Positions 7,315 to 18,952 of a stretch of 64,000 bases of DNA are shown here, in pieces. Each line of letters opens with the position of its first letter. Position 1 is the first letter of the stretch. The stretch comes from Synechococcus sp. GTDB taxonomy: Bacteria > Cyanobacteriota > Cyanobacteriia > PCC-6307 > Cyanobiaceae. The stretch spans positions 2,168,203 to 2,232,202 of the forward strand of contig JBJBEO010000001.1 in the NCBI GenBank assembly GCA_047284725.1. Direction: 5' to 3'. The position numbers and the translations under genes were made by a program. The notes beneath the pieces are model-generated. The model ran no database searches, had not been told where the DNA came from, and was given only the letters and a program-made list of their open reading frames with translations.

Positions 7315-10298
7315 GTCCGGTCCGCGTCAGAGACAAGCTCAACCTCAGTGAGCTCACCTGGCCTGAAGGTAATGGCCTCAACCAGCTCCCCCCCACAACG
7401 CCGTAGATGCCATCCCTGGGGCCGCCAGATCTGGCGGCGTGCACCTGGATTGAGCAAGCGCATGCGCAGGCACTGGTCGCTTCCCGATCCAGCCTGTTGC
7501 GTTTCAAGGGCCTTGACCGCCACTGGCACCAGTCCGACAGGAAGCGGTGGCATCAGCTGAGTGGGTTCCTGCAGGGATGCGGGCCTGAACCACCCGGACT
7601 CGCGAAAGCCAAGAGCTGCCTGGGGCACTCCGGCTCGGCACCATCCCTCAGGAATCGGCATCAGGGCCAGGCGGTGACGATGCCAACCGCGGTCAGCCTT
7701 GGGATCAGGCCAGGTGGGGCCGCGCAAGAGCGAAACCCCCAGGCGTGCTTCATCGGCATCCACCCCCTGAGGGCCATCAAGCAACAGTGCCAAACCAGCC
7801 CCTGGAGCTGCAGCAGTGCTGGCACACCAGGAGATCACAGGGACTTCCCAGCGCACCTTCTCCCCAGGGGTGAACGTCCGCACCGGTCGTTCAATCACCC
7901 CACCGCTTGTGTCGGCTGCCACACGCACAGCAGGCTGGGCAAGGGGCAGCTCCAAGCGAAGCACCTCATGGGTCTGCCGCCACTCCACGCTGCAGACCAG
8001 TTCCAACCAAGGCGTATCGGCGCGCAGCTGGCAATCAAGACGAAGTCGGCTGGCGCCGGCACGAGCCCGCAAACACACTCGAGCCAGCAAAGGGCCGCTC
8101 TCCACAAGCTCATAGCCCGCAGGATCCCAGGAAACGGGCAAAGGATGGTCGCGGTAGTCGGCCGCCAGATCCCAGGCATCCCAGAACTCGCCCTGATCTC
8201 GGAACCGGCGCAGAGCCATCGCCCCTTGTAGTTGCGAAACCCCATCCGAATTCCAGAGTTGACGCAGCCCATCAGCCCCCAGATCCGCCGTGAGATGGCC
8301 GTTGGAAAGCCGTACGCCGTCTGCGGTCCTCTCCACCTGCACAGACCTACGCACCGGAGGCAAGACAGCGTTGGGCTCCGCATCAACCTTGCGCTCAAGC
8401 GGCCATGCCATCACCCCCGCGTGCTGGGGCAGCTGCACCCAGACACCACCGGAAGGGGCGGACTGGGTGGGTAAGCACTGGCCGGCGGCCCACCACTGCC
8501 CCGCTGGCAATCGCAGCAAAGGCGACCAATGGGCGAGAGGCTGGAGGCCCACAAAGCACCAGTGATCCGCCGCATCCATCGAACCGAGCAGCTGCTGCAA
8601 GGCCTGATCCCGCAGGCTCGCCGCCTGGCGACGCCCCTGCCTCCACTGCGGCTCCGCCTGATCAAACACCTCCGGAATCGACGTGCCAGGCAGGATGTCG
8701 TGAAATTGTTGAAACAGCAAAGGCCGCCAATCGGCCACCGCCTCTGGCAGCACCTCCCGGCGCAGGCACAACAGCGCCGCCGTCAGATCAGCCTCCCGCA
8801 GCAGTCGCTCAAGGCTGCGGTTGTGTCGCTTCTGATCTGGGCGACTGGTGGCACAGCCCCGATGCAGATCGAGATACAGCTCATCGCGCCACACCGGCAG
8901 ATCAGAGGCGGCGGATTCCAGTGAGGCGAGATAAGCGCGCACCGTTGTGGACTGGCGCGGCACCACCTGAGGATGCCCCTGCCAGAGCTGCAACTGCTCG
9001 AGCATTTCCGCCGTCGGGCCACCACCGTGATCACCGACTCCTGGCGTCCATAACGCCTGATCGAGGCCCGTGCGCTGCCGAAAGCTCCGTTGCTCCGCCT
9101 GCATCGCTCTCGGATCCGCATCCGTGCCGATGGGAGGCAACATCAGCGCCATCACCTCAGCACCACCACGACTGCGCCAGCGAAAGAGGCGATGGGGGAA
9201 GGGTGCCGAGGCGTTCCAGGCCAGCTTGTGAGTACAGAACCAACGCACCCCCTCTGCCGCCGCCACCGCTGGGACCCCCGCCCCGAACCCGAAACTGTCG
9301 GGCAGCCAGGCCAACGCATGACTCCACTCGGGGAAGGCACGACGGCTGTAGCCCTGACCGAGACCAAATTGCTGCCACAGCGACGCTGTGCTCACCAACA
9401 CGCAATCGGTTTCCACCCATGGGCCATTGATCGGTTCCCAGCGCCCCTCTGCGCTGGCGGCACTGATTCGTTGCCACAGCGCCGGCCGGAACTGCTCCAT
9501 CCATTCATAAAGAGCCGGGGTGGAGTGCGCGAAACGCAACTCAGGGAAACGATCCATCAAATCGAGAACCGAGCGGAAGGTTCGTTCTGCCGCCTGCCAT
9601 GTGTCGGCCACTGGCCACAGCCAGGCCAGATCCAAATGGGCATGACCAACCCAATGCACGCGACCTTGAGGGCTTGAACGTGCCGCCAAGAAGGCCTCCA
9701 CGCTCTCTCTGGCCTCGACGGAGAGTGGATCCAGCACCAACCACGAGTCCGGCAGATCATCAACGGATGGGAGCGCCAGATCAAGAGCGTCTGGCAACAG
9801 CAACCGTTGAGGGTCATCACCGGGGCACAGCGGTTCTCGCACCACCGCACTGGTGATCAAGGCTCCATCGTCATGACACGGGCTGCGCAGCTCCAGCAGG
9901 CAATCAAGCGGTTGACCCTGCTGCCACGACGCAGGCAGGGGCCAACGGCAGCGGGTATCAAACAGATCACCCTCATGCACCAACACCCCATCGACCCAGA
10001 GGCGCACCTGATCCGCCCACCAACTCAGCACCAGACGCTCACGGCCTCCACCAATCAGCCGCCACGGCTCAGGGCAGGGCAGATGGAGGGTCAGGCGCCG
10101 CCAGATCCCACCCCGCGGCCAGGTCAGCAACCCGCGTGCAGCCCAGTCAGGGCGGTGAATCTGCCCCCATCGATCGTGCAGCGCCAACCCTCGCTCCGGG
10201 GCTTCCAGCACCTGCCATCGCGGCAATAAGTCCAGATGCGTGCGACTGCGAAACGTTTCAATCCACTCCGATCGCTGGGCCTGAAGACGGTTCTGCAT
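7302..10298 (-). CDS. Alpha-mannosidase (glycoside hydrolase family 38)
   Basis: [49 protein letters not shown]; start moved to 10298 because psbI occupies the upstream opposite strand. Confidence 0.9.
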   Translation of the reverse strand: MQNRLQAQRSEWIETFRSRTHLDLLPRWQVLEAPERGLALHDRWGQIHRPDWAARGLLTWPRGGIWRRLTLHLPCPEPWRLIGGGRERLVLSWWADQVRLWVDGVLVHEGDLFDTRCRWPLPASWQQGQPLDCLLELRSPCHDDGALITSAVVREPLCPGDDPQRLLLPDALDLALPSVDDLPDSWLVLDPLSVEARESVEAFLAARSSPQGRVHWVGHAHLDLAWLWPVADTWQAAERTFRSVLDLMDRFPELRFAHSTPALYEWMEQFRPALWQRISAASAEGRWEPINGPWVETDCVLVSTASLWQQFGLGQGYSRRAFPEWSHALAWLPDSFGFGAGVPAVAAAEGVRWFCTHKLAWNASAPFPHRLFRWRSRGGAEVMALMLPPIGTDADPRAMQAEQRSFRQRTGLDQALWTPGVGDHGGGPTAEMLEQLQLWQGHPQVVPRQSTTVRAYLASLESAASDLPVWRDELYLDLHRGCATSRPDQKRHNRSLERLLREADLTAALLCLRREVLPEAVADWRPLLFQQFHDILPGTSIPEVFDQAEPQWRQGRRQAASLRDQALQQLLGSMDAADHWCFVGLQPLAHWSPLLRLPAGQWWAAGQCLPTQSAPSGGVWVQLPQHAGVMAWPLERKVDAEPNAVLPPVRRSVQVERTADGVRLSNGHLTADLGADGLRQLWNSDGVSQLQGAMALRRFRDQGEFWDAWDLAADYRDHPLPVSWDPAGYELVESGPLLARVCLRARAGASRLRLDCQLRADTPWLELVCSVEWRQTHEVLRLELPLAQPAVRVAADTSGGVIERPVRTFTPGEKVRWEVPVISWCASTAAAPGAGLALLLDGPQGVDADEARLGVSLLRGPTWPDPKADRGWHRHRLALMPIPEGWCRAGVPQAALGFRESGWFRPASLQEPTQLMPPLPVGLVPVAVKALETQQAGSGSDQCLRMRLLNPGARRQIWRPQGWHLRRCGGELVEAITFRPGELTEVELVSDADRTQSS

Positions 10299-10359
10299 CG
10301 TGTCTTCCCAACATTGCCCCATAGGATGATGCCGCTGTCCCAGACGCCGGTCGGTCTCC

Positions 10360-10479
10360 ATGCTTGCCCTCAAGATCTCCGTTTACTCGGTCGTCTTCTT
10401 CTTCCTCGGGATCTTCGTGTTCGGCTTCCTGGCTAGCGATCCCAGTCGCACCCCAAGCCGCAAGGATCTGGAAGACTGA
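10360..10479 (+). CDS. psbI: Photosystem II reaction centre protein I (absent from the ORF track, 39 aa)
   Basis: Manual translation [39 protein letters not shown]. Confidence 0.96.
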   Translation: MLALKISVYSVVFFFLGIFVFGFLASDPSRTPSRKDLED

Positions 10480-10487
10480 ATTCGCCT

Positions 10488-10528
10488 TGCTGACCAGTGC
10501 TGTTGGTCACGCCAAGCACTGGTCAGCA
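10488..10528 (+). repeat. Perfect 14-bp inverted repeat downstream of psbI
   Basis: TGCTGACCAGTGCT (10488-10501) / AGCACTGGTCAGCA (10515-10528), no U-tract. Confidence 0.85.
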
Positions 10529-10584
10529 CCTGATCGATTCAGCATTCACACCATGGCAAGATCAGCGGCCTCAGGAGAGTTCGC

Positions 10585-13500
10585 TTGCCGGGTCGTTTCG
10601 CCAAACTTCAGCGCCCTGACCTGAGCGAATGCCAGTCGGTTGTCTTGGCTGGAGTTGTGGTGAGCATGAGCATGATTCACATGCTCCACGACAAAGGTGC
10701 CCATGCCGCCCCATTGGGAGGTGATGGATCAACCACGCAGGAACAAAGCAAAGGTCAAGCGCCCCTGGCGATCCAGCTTCAGGCCGATCGTCAGTACTAC
10801 GACGGCGATCTGGATCTGGTCGTTGCCTCCGGCAATGTCAGCGCCCGTATCAATGGCGGTCTGCTGCAGGCCGACAGAATTGAATTTGACACCGAGTTCA
10901 ACACCCTGGCCGCCAGAGGCAGTGTTCGCTTCCGTCGGGGATCTCAGTATTTCCAGGCCAGCAGTCTTCGCTTCAGCCTGATCCACAACGAAGGCGTCTT
11001 GGAAGACGTCTATGGCGTTCTGGATCTCGACAGTGCAGCGATTGACCTGAATCCCGGCAGTGACGTTCGAGGGCCATCCCTCCGTGACAGCAGCCAAGCG
11101 CTGCCGAGCCTGGAGAGTTCTGATCTCGGTTTTCCCACAGCTCAACAGATCGATCTCGAAAGCACCACGGCTGGTCGCATCAGCCTGAATGCTGATGCGA
11201 CCAGCTTCTGGGACCAGACACAAACAGCAGGCCCGGACTGGCTTGTGCCCACTGAGGTCCATGCCGAGTCGACTGAACATCAGTCCATGGCCTGTCCACC
11301 GGTCCTTCCACCAGTGCCCGAATGGCATCCCCATCCGTGGGCAGCAACGGTCTGGGGCGGACAAAGCATTGACTCCAACTTCGGAGACACGTTTTTGTTC
11401 AACGGGCGGATGCGCCCTGAATATCTCGGTGGAGTGACCTTGCAGAAACGGATCTGGAAAGCAGGTCCACTCGCTATTGAAATCGAAGGCAATCTCCTTG
11501 CGCACCATGCCTATCAACAGGCTGGCGGTGAATTCAACCAGTCCGTTCCCTTTGCCGACACCCCTTCCCAGAGCTTCGGCGAAGGCATCGTCGGTCTGGG
11601 TGCTCGCCTCTGGTTGCAGCCATGGCTCAGCTTCGGCGTCGTGGAAGGGGTGAGCTATTTCACCGACAACAGCAACTACGAACGCACCTATCGCGAAAAC
11701 TACGCACAGCTGCTCAACTATCTGGGCTTTGAACTGGAAGCAGCTGTTTCAAAGCAGCTCTCACTGGTGGGTCGTATTCACCACCGCTCCGGGGCTTTTG
11801 GCACCTACAGCGGTGTGCGAGAGGGAAGCAATGCCTACCTCATCGGGGCTCGTTATCGCTGGGGGAGAGATCAGGCCCCTGAACGGCAAGCCGCAATGCC
11901 CCCGCCGCTGGGCTGCCCGGACCCAGACCGCGCCCAGCGCAGAACTGCCAAGAGCCTCAGCGAGGAATTGGATTCAGTCACGTTTGGGGATGGCCAACGC
12001 CCAGCCACAGCCTCCCCATCTGGTCCATCCGAGTCAATCGCCCAAACCAGCGAGTCCAGCCTTTCCCCAGCCGAACAGGAAGCCCTTCGTGACCGTGCCA
12101 TCGCTGCGATCGACCAGAGAATCGGCAGCATCCAGTTCCAGCAGACCCTCACGATTGAGCGGCGCGTCGGAGTCGCTGCAGGGACCCGACGGCAGCAGGA
12201 CACCCGTGAACAAACCATCAGGGAAGAAAATGACTATGGCGGCATGAAGCCCAGTCAGCTCAACGCTCTCGGCAAAACCCAACTCGTCACAGGCGAAATC
12301 AGCCGGTGGCGTGTCCAGGCCTCGCGGATTGAGATCACTCCGGAGGGCTGGTCAGCTGAACGCATGGGCTTCACCAATGACCCCTTTACTCCTGCCCAGA
12401 CCCGTATCGACGCCGAAGGTGTGGTCGCGGTGCAAGAGGCCAACGGCGACCTGCTCATCAAGGCCAAGCGCAACAGGCTGATCGTGGAAGAGCGTCTGCC
12501 GATCAGCGTCAGTCGCAGCCAGCGCATTCAGAAACAAGAAGAAGTGGAAAATCGCTGGGTGCTCGGCATCGACAACGAGGACCGCGACGGCTTCTTTATT
12601 GGTCGCACACTGAAGCCGATCCGGCTGTCGAGCAATTTCCAACTCGACCTGCAACCACAGGTCTTGGTGCAACGCGCGATCGACGGGGAAACCAAGAGCT
12701 ATGTCGCCCCTGGCAGTGCAGTCGACAGTGGCACGGTGACACAACCGATCAGTGCTGCAGACGCGTTCGGTCTGGAGGCTGAACTCTCCGGCCAGGTCTG
12801 GGGATGGAAGACATCACTGAATGCCGACATCAGCAGCCTCGAACCAACCAACATTGCCAACGCCAGCCGTTACTGGGGTGAACTGAAGAATGGATTCACC
12901 ATGCCTTGGCTGGGCAACATCAAAACCCGACTGTTCGGCGCCTATCGCTACCGCACCTGGAATGGCTCGCTTGGCCAGACCGACGTGTATTCAGCCTTTG
13001 GAGGGTTCGCTGAGCAGAAAGGCAACTGGAACTGGGGCCAATTGAGCAATACCTACCTCTGGAGGTTCGGTGTCGGCAACTATCAAGCGGAACGTTTCGA
13101 AAGCGACAACCTGGCTGACCTCTGGCGGGCCAATTTCTATGGATCCTTGAACAGCAGTTACCCGCTGTGGCGAGGTCAATCAGCAGCGCTCACCCCAGAA
13201 GCTGCCTACCGCTATTCCCCTGTCGCCATCGTGCCGGGGCTACGCCTGGACAGCAATATCAACACACTGCTGGCCGCCTATGGCAATGGGACCCGACAGA
13301 ACACCATCTCCCTCAGTGGAGGGCCAACCCTCACACTGGGCACCTTCAGCAAACCCTTCCTCGACTACACCCAGCTCTCGGTGATCGCAGGCGGAACGCT
13401 CAAGCAGGGCTCCAGCCCCTTCGACTTCGATCAAGCGATCGATCTCGGCACCGTGGGCGTAGGTCTCACCCAACAGCTTGCAGGCCCGCTGGTGATCAGT

Positions 13501-13740
13501 GCAGGCGTCGCGGTGAACGCGAACCCCAATTCGAGTTTCTACGGCAGTGTGATCAACTCGAATCTTGAATTGCGCTGGCAACGACGGTCCTACGACTTCG
13601 GCTTCTACTACAACCCCTATGAAGGCATTGGCGGTTTCCGCTTCAGACTCAACGACTTCAATTTCACCGGCACGGGAGTTCCCTTCGTGCCCTACTCACC
13701 GACGACTCTGAACAACGGAATGGGTGAACGGCCCTTCTGA
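10585..13740 (+). CDS. DUF3769 / LptD(OstA)-like outer-membrane LPS-assembly protein with a large internal insertion
   Basis: OstA-like LQADRQYYD..ASGNV..LQADRIEFD..ARGSVRFRRG; FTNDPFTP; GIDNEDRDGFFIGR; beta-barrel C-terminus WQRRSY..YYNPY..FRLNDFNF; start codon uncertain. Confidence 0.8.
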   Translation: MPGRFAKLQRPDLSECQSVVLAGVVVSMSMIHMLHDKGAHAAPLGGDGSTTQEQSKGQAPLAIQLQADRQYYDGDLDLVVASGNVSARINGGLLQADRIEFDTEFNTLAARGSVRFRRGSQYFQASSLRFSLIHNEGVLEDVYGVLDLDSAAIDLNPGSDVRGPSLRDSSQALPSLESSDLGFPTAQQIDLESTTAGRISLNADATSFWDQTQTAGPDWLVPTEVHAESTEHQSMACPPVLPPVPEWHPHPWAATVWGGQSIDSNFGDTFLFNGRMRPEYLGGVTLQKRIWKAGPLAIEIEGNLLAHHAYQQAGGEFNQSVPFADTPSQSFGEGIVGLGARLWLQPWLSFGVVEGVSYFTDNSNYERTYRENYAQLLNYLGFELEAAVSKQLSLVGRIHHRSGAFGTYSGVREGSNAYLIGARYRWGRDQAPERQAAMPPPLGCPDPDRAQRRTAKSLSEELDSVTFGDGQRPATASPSGPSESIAQTSESSLSPAEQEALRDRAIAAIDQRIGSIQFQQTLTIERRVGVAAGTRRQQDTREQTIREENDYGGMKPSQLNALGKTQLVTGEISRWRVQASRIEITPEGWSAERMGFTNDPFTPAQTRIDAEGVVAVQEANGDLLIKAKRNRLIVEERLPISVSRSQRIQKQEEVENRWVLGIDNEDRDGFFIGRTLKPIRLSSNFQLDLQPQVLVQRAIDGETKSYVAPGSAVDSGTVTQPISAADAFGLEAELSGQVWGWKTSLNADISSLEPTNIANASRYWGELKNGFTMPWLGNIKTRLFGAYRYRTWNGSLGQTDVYSAFGGFAEQKGNWNWGQLSNTYLWRFGVGNYQAERFESDNLADLWRANFYGSLNSSYPLWRGQSAALTPEAAYRYSPVAIVPGLRLDSNINTLLAAYGNGTRQNTISLSGGPTLTLGTFSKPFLDYTQLSVIAGGTLKQGSSPFDFDQAIDLGTVGVGLTQQLAGPLVISAGVAVNANPNSSFYGSVINSNLELRWQRRSYDFGFYYNPYEGIGGFRFRLNDFNFTGTGVPFVPYSPTTLNNGMGERPF

Positions 13741-13769
13741 CCATCGAATTCTCAGCTCGGACGCAGTTG

Positions 13770-14234
13770 TCAGTCCGGACCGCCACCGTAAATCAAATGG
13801 CTACCGGTGAGATCCGAGCCGGCGTACTGCATTCCTTCGGTGAGAACCCCGGGGGCAAGCGCATTGATTACCACCGCCTCACGCAGGTCGGCACGGCGTA
13901 GATCCGTTCCAGTAAGTTCAGCATTGCTCAGTACGGCCCGTTGCAGATTGGCGCCGCCAAGACGGGCACCACTGAGATCAGCCCCTTCAAGATTGGCCTC
14001 CTGCAATTGAGCCCCACGCAGATCGGCGTCACGCAGGTCGACGCCGATCAGATGGGCACCGCGAAGATCCACACCCCGCAGGTCACAGCCTGCGCAAGCA
14101 CCTGTGGCCTGCAACTGCACGGCCGGGACCTGTTCAACAGGAATCCGCTGGCCTCCTCGAACAGGGCCAACAACAGAACACCCGAGTGCGATCACACCCA
14201 ACCAGGACACCCAAGACACACGACAACAGTCCAT
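13770..14234 (-). CDS. Pentapeptide-repeat protein, probably exported
   Basis: Hydrophobic N-terminus, CAGCDL, then A(D/N)LXX repeats ([20 protein letters not shown]). Confidence 0.88.
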   Translation of the reverse strand: MDCCRVSWVSWLGVIALGCSVVGPVRGGQRIPVEQVPAVQLQATGACAGCDLRGVDLRGAHLIGVDLRDADLRGAQLQEANLEGADLSGARLGGANLQRAVLSNAELTGTDLRRADLREAVVINALAPGVLTEGMQYAGSDLTGSHLIYGGGPD

Positions 14235-14305
14235 GGCCCCAACACCTCTCTCTCCTTCATAGACACTCAGACAAGTGTCCGCAGCCCCTGCTCAACACTG
14301 AGGCC

Positions 14306-14920
14306 TCAGAAACCGTTGAGGTAAGGAAGCATCGCCATGGTCCGTGTCAGCTCAGCACCGCGAGCGACCAACTGAGACGTGGCATCCCAGCGGCCGCTGC
14401 GCAACATATCGAGGGCACCAGCATCCAACCCCACACTCCAAGCACCTGGTTCACCGCGGAACTGCAATGCCTCAAGGTCCAGGGTCCAGGCCGCGGCTGA
14501 ATCCGCCGCCACGGCGTCCTGCAACTGGAGGATCTGGTCAGGAGTCGCCGTCGCGCATGGAATGCCGAGAGCCAGACAGTTTCCGTGGAAGATCTCGGCG
14601 AAGCTCACTCCCACCAAGGCGCGGATTCCCCAACGCATCAGCGCTTGGGGCGCATGTTCACGGCTTGAGCCGCAACCGAAATTGCCGTTCACGACCAGAA
14701 TCGAGGAACCAGCGTGATCCGGCTGATCGAAAGGATGGGCACCGTCCAACTCCTTGCGATCATCGGCAAATACCTGGTCGCCGAGGGCATCAAAACTGAC
14801 GCACTTGAGGAAACGAGCCGGAATGATCCGGTCGGTGTCGATGTCGTCACCGCGAAGGGCGAACGCTCGACCGCTAACGCTGGAGATCGCGCCGTGAGGG
14901 AATGAACCGGTCTGGGTCAT
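14306..14920 (-). CDS. leuD: 3-isopropylmalate dehydratase small subunit
   Basis: DDIDTDRIIPARFL, NFGCGSSREHA, SFAEIF. Confidence 0.96.
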   Translation of the reverse strand: MTQTGSFPHGAISSVSGRAFALRGDDIDTDRIIPARFLKCVSFDALGDQVFADDRKELDGAHPFDQPDHAGSSILVVNGNFGCGSSREHAPQALMRWGIRALVGVSFAEIFHGNCLALGIPCATATPDQILQLQDAVAADSAAAWTLDLEALQFRGEPGAWSVGLDAGALDMLRSGRWDATSQLVARGAELTRTMAMLPYLNGF

Positions 14921-14970
14921 GGCTGAAGGAGGAGAACAGTCGAGACAGAAGAAACGCGAAGCGGAGACAC

Positions 14971-16386
14971 TCAGCCTTCAGCGGCAGCCAAGCTACGCAC
15001 GTCGACCACTGCTCCACGCACCGCAGCAGCGGCCACCATCGCCGGACTCATCAACAGGGTGCGTCCGCTGGCTGATCCCTGACGCCCCTTGAAATTCCGA
15101 TTGCTGGAACTGGCACTGATCTGACGACCTTCCAGGCGATCAGGGTTCATGGCCAGACACATCGAACAACCCGGCTCCCGCCATTCAAACCCGGCGTCTC
15201 TGAACACTTGGTCGAGGCCTTCCGCTTCAGCGGCGCGCGCCACCTGTTCCGAGCCAGGCACCACAAAGGCCTTGATCCCTTTCGCCACATGGCGACCTCG
15301 GGCCACATCCGCCGCAGCCTGAAGGTCACTGAGGCGTCCGTTGGTGCAGCTGCCGATGAAACACACATCGACAGGCACCCCGGCAATGGCAGAACCGGGA
15401 GCCAGATCCATGTAGCGGTAAGCCTCTTCCGCGATGGGGCGATCGGCCGGATCCATTTGATCGGGCGTGGGCACCCTTTCATCGACACCAATGCCCTGAC
15501 CAGGTGTGATCCCCCACGTCACGGTGGGGGCGATGGCTGCCGCATCAAAACGGATTTCATCATCGAAGCTGGCGTCAGCATCCGAGGCCAGCGATCGCCA
15601 CCAGTTCACAGCACGAACCCACGCCTCCGCCTGGGGGGCTTCGGCTCGGCCGGCGAGATAGTCGAAGGTGACCTGATCGGGATTGACGTAACCGCAACGG
15701 GCGCCGCCTTCGATGGCCATGTTGCAGAGGGTCATGCGCTCCTCCATGGAGAGCACCTCAATCGCCGGACCTGCAAATTCATAGGCATGGCCCACACCTG
15801 CCTTGACGCCAAGGGTGCGGATCACATGCAGGATCAGGTCTTTGGCGAAGACACCTGGAGAAAGCTGATTCTCGAACCACAACCGGCGCACCTTGAGCTT
15901 GTTCATGGCCAGGCTCTGGCTGGCAAGCACATCACGCACCTGGCTGGTGCCAATTCCGAACGCAATGGCACCGAAGGCACCATGGGTGGAGGTGTGGGAA
16001 TCACCGCAAGCAACGGTCATGCCCGGCTGGGTGAGACCGAGTTCAGGGGCAATCACATGCACAATCCCCTGTCGACCACTGCCAAGACCATGCAGGGTGA
16101 TGCCATGGCGCTGGCAATTGCGCTCCAGGGTGCTGAGCATCTCCTCCGCAAGAGGATCAGCAAAAGGCCTGGCCTGGCTTGTGGTGGGGACGATGTGATC
16201 AACCGTCGCCACAGTGCGCTCAGGGCAGCGCACGGACAGGCCCTTGTCATCGAGGGCGGCAAACGCCTGCGGGCTGGTGACCTCATGGATCAGATGCAGA
16301 CCGATCAACAACTGGGTGGAACCACCGGGAAGATCTGCCACACGGTGCAGTTCCCAGACTTTGTCGTAAAGCGTGCCGCTGCTCAT
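14971..16386 (-). CDS. leuC: 3-isopropylmalate dehydratase large subunit
   Basis: [51 protein letters not shown]. Confidence 0.97.
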   Translation of the reverse strand: MSSGTLYDKVWELHRVADLPGGSTQLLIGLHLIHEVTSPQAFAALDDKGLSVRCPERTVATVDHIVPTTSQARPFADPLAEEMLSTLERNCQRHGITLHGLGSGRQGIVHVIAPELGLTQPGMTVACGDSHTSTHGAFGAIAFGIGTSQVRDVLASQSLAMNKLKVRRLWFENQLSPGVFAKDLILHVIRTLGVKAGVGHAYEFAGPAIEVLSMEERMTLCNMAIEGGARCGYVNPDQVTFDYLAGRAEAPQAEAWVRAVNWWRSLASDADASFDDEIRFDAAAIAPTVTWGITPGQGIGVDERVPTPDQMDPADRPIAEEAYRYMDLAPGSAIAGVPVDVCFIGSCTNGRLSDLQAAADVARGRHVAKGIKAFVVPGSEQVARAAEAEGLDQVFRDAGFEWREPGCSMCLAMNPDRLEGRQISASSSNRNFKGRQGSASGRTLLMSPAMVAAAAVRGAVVDVRSLAAAEG

Positions 16387-16435
16387 TCCGGCGCTGTTAT
16401 CAGCGAATCACCCTAGAGCGTTGCCGCAGGTCTGA

Positions 16436-17707
16436 TCAGGCCTGCGGCAGGAGCTGCAGACGCAGACGATCGAGGGCTTCACCAGCACTGAGACGACGAA
16501 CCCAGTCGCGACCGCGAGTATGACCAAACCGACAAGGACTGCTGCTGCTGCTCTTCGGACCCGAAACGGCAAGATGCACCAGACCGACGGGTTTCTCAGG
16601 ACTGCCACCACCAGGGCCGGCGATGCCGGTGATCGCCACTCCCCAATCGGCACCCGTGCAACGCCGCACCCCCTCGGCCATCGCCTGCGCCACGGGACCA
16701 CTGACGGCACCGTGGCAATCGAGCAGATCAGCCGGCACCCCCAACATCGACTGTTTGATGGCGTTGGAATAGGCGATCACGCCGCCGAGCACCACATCGG
16801 AAGAGCCAGGTACGGCGGTCAACGCAGCCCCCAGACCTCCACCCGTACAGGATTCAGCCACTGCCACGGTCTGGCCCCGTTGACGCAACAAGTCGAGCAC
16901 CACGGACGCCAGGGTGTCGTCATCCGTTCCGAAACAGCGACGGCCCGTGCGTCGTCGCAACTCCTGCTCCAAAGGGGCCAGCATCAGTTGCCCTTCTGCC
17001 TCGGTGTCAGCCCTGGCAGTGAGGCGCAGCATCACCTCACCACCGCCTGCATAGGGCGCCACGGTGGGATTGGAACCCATCAGCAGATCATCGATCTGCT
17101 CCGCGAGTGTCGATTCACCGATGCCCCAGAAATGCAGTTTGCGACTGGTCAACACACCCTGCATCAGGCCGGACTGCTGAAACCAGGGCACAGCCGTGGC
17201 TTTCCACATCGCACGCATTTCGCTCGGCACCCCAGGGAATGTCAGCACCGTGAAGCCCTCCTTGGGCGACCAGATCATCCCGGGGGCCGTGCCTGTGGGA
17301 TTCGGCAGCACCGTTGCCCCGAGGGGAAGCAACGCCTGCCTTCGGGTGCTTGGGGAGGGATCTCGCCCCCTGCTTCGAGCCTTGGCAGTGATGTCAGCCC
17401 ACACCTCAGGGCGCTCCTCCAGAGGCACCTCGAATGCTGCTGCAATCGCCTCTGTCGTGAGGTCATCCGGTGTTGGGCCCAAACCACCGGTGGTGATCAG
17501 CACTGAGCAACGGCACGCCGCTTCGCGCACAAACCAGATGAGCCGGTCGCGATTGTCACCGAGCACCGACTGTCTGTAGTGGGGCAGTGCGAGGCCAGCG
17601 AGCTGCTCACCCAGCCAGCGGGCATTGCCATTGAGGATGTTGCCCAACAACAGCTCGGTGCCGACACAGAGCAACTCAACCCCCTTGGCAAACGGGGGCT
17701 CAGCCAT
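16436..17707 (-). CDS. cinA: Competence/damage-inducible protein A (molybdopterin-binding-like domain plus PncC NMN deamidase domain)
   Basis: [43 protein letters not shown]; start set to MAEPP. Confidence 0.92.
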   Translation of the reverse strand: MAEPPFAKGVELLCVGTELLLGNILNGNARWLGEQLAGLALPHYRQSVLGDNRDRLIWFVREAACRCSVLITTGGLGPTPDDLTTEAIAAAFEVPLEERPEVWADITAKARSRGRDPSPSTRRQALLPLGATVLPNPTGTAPGMIWSPKEGFTVLTFPGVPSEMRAMWKATAVPWFQQSGLMQGVLTSRKLHFWGIGESTLAEQIDDLLMGSNPTVAPYAGGGEVMLRLTARADTEAEGQLMLAPLEQELRRRTGRRCFGTDDDTLASVVLDLLRQRGQTVAVAESCTGGGLGAALTAVPGSSDVVLGGVIAYSNAIKQSMLGVPADLLDCHGAVSGPVAQAMAEGVRRCTGADWGVAITGIAGPGGGSPEKPVGLVHLAVSGPKSSSSSPCRFGHTRGRDWVRRLSAGEALDRLRLQLLPQA

Positions 17708-18863
17708 GGCGGTTGGAACAGGGTTGTTGTTCGTAAGGCTCGGAAGCATGGTGCTCGGCCCTGGTGCGGCGGCGAGCGGCTTTGCGCGCAGTGTCTTCAA
17801 TCTGGCGTCGACGCAGCATCACCACAGCAGCCACAAGAATGGCCGTCGCCAGGGCCAACCAGAGGAAACGCAACTCGACGTTGGCCACCACCATCGCCAA
17901 GGCAGCTAACCATTGGGTGAACACATAGATCAAAAGGACTGTGCGACGGTGACTGAAACCCGCCCGCAGAAGCCGATGATGCAGGTGGCGGCGATCGGGA
18001 TAGAAGGGGGAATGGCCATCACTGAGGCGGCCCATGATCACTGCCGACATATCGGCTAGCGGCAAGGACAGAATCAGCAGAGGCAACAACAAGCTGACGG
18101 TGGTGAGCCCCTTGGCAGGTCCGACGATGCTGACCGCGGCCAAGCTGAAACCGAGAAAGTAGGAACCGCCATCTCCCATGAAGATGCGTGCCGGATTGAA
18201 GTTATGGCGAAGAAAGCCGAAACAGCATCCAGCCAAGGCCGCTGCCAGCAACCCTGCCGCTGCTTGATTCAACGAAAAGCTGACCGACAAAAGGCCGACG
18301 GCAGCGATGCCTGCGACGCCAGCCGCCAATCCATCCAAACCATCCAGCCAGTTGATGGCATTGGTGATGCCCACCAGCCAGATCACAGTGGCGGCGAGAC
18401 TGAGCAACCTTGGCAACACAATCACCGAGGCCGAATCACCAAGCCAGGGCAGATCAATCGCGCCGATCTGCACACCCTGTGTCCACACAACGATGGAGAC
18501 GGCAATCTGCCCAGCCAGTCGGGGCCAGGGCGAGAGGGCGAACAGATCGTCCGCCAGGCCAATCAGAAAAAAACAGAGGGATCCGGCCAGCGTGGTCCAG
18601 ATCAATTGATCTCGATCCGGGGCCAGCAAACCAAACCCCCCGATTGCCCAGGTCAGTGCAAGAGCTGTGCAGAAACCCAACACCATGCCAACACCACCGA
18701 GGCGAACCATCGGCGTGGAATGCTGCTTGCGTGAATCGGGTTGATCGGTCAGGCCGAGTGTTAAACCCAACCGCCGCACCATCGGCACCACAACCGTGGT
18801 GATAACTGCCGAGATCATGAGCGTGATCACGGCAACGGCGAGGGGGCTGCTCGCGAGGCTCAA
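17700..18863 (-). CDS. WecA/MraY-family (GT4) polyprenyl-phosphate GlcNAc-1-phosphate transferase
   Basis: [44 protein letters not shown] start at 18863 inferred. Confidence 0.88.
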   Translation of the reverse strand: MSLASSPLAVAVITLMISAVITTVVVPMVRRLGLTLGLTDQPDSRKQHSTPMVRLGGVGMVLGFCTALALTWAIGGFGLLAPDRDQLIWTTLAGSLCFFLIGLADDLFALSPWPRLAGQIAVSIVVWTQGVQIGAIDLPWLGDSASVIVLPRLLSLAATVIWLVGITNAINWLDGLDGLAAGVAGIAAVGLLSVSFSLNQAAAGLLAAALAGCCFGFLRHNFNPARIFMGDGGSYFLGFSLAAVSIVGPAKGLTTVSLLLPLLILSLPLADMSAVIMGRLSDGHSPFYPDRRHLHHRLLRAGFSHRRTVLLIYVFTQWLAALAMVVANVELRFLWLALATAILVAAVVMLRRRQIEDTARKAARRRTRAEHHASEPYEQQPCSNRHG

Positions 18864-18952
18864 CGACGACTCCGCAGAGGGAACACCTTCAGAGGTGAGG
18901 CACCAATAATCTAGGCAAGTCGTCGAAGCCGTTCCAGCCCCTGCTGGGCCAG

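Noticed and set aside
13860..14090. 15-nt periodicity resembling a repeat array
   Set aside because: Explained by pentapeptide-repeat coding; no CRISPR repeat-spacer structure.
15208..16416. Long antisense ORFs over leuC and others (28625-29719, 43800-45029, 48161-49618, 55091-56725)
   Set aside because: They mirror well-supported genes, lack recognisable motifs, and are expected shadows of GC-rich codon usage.
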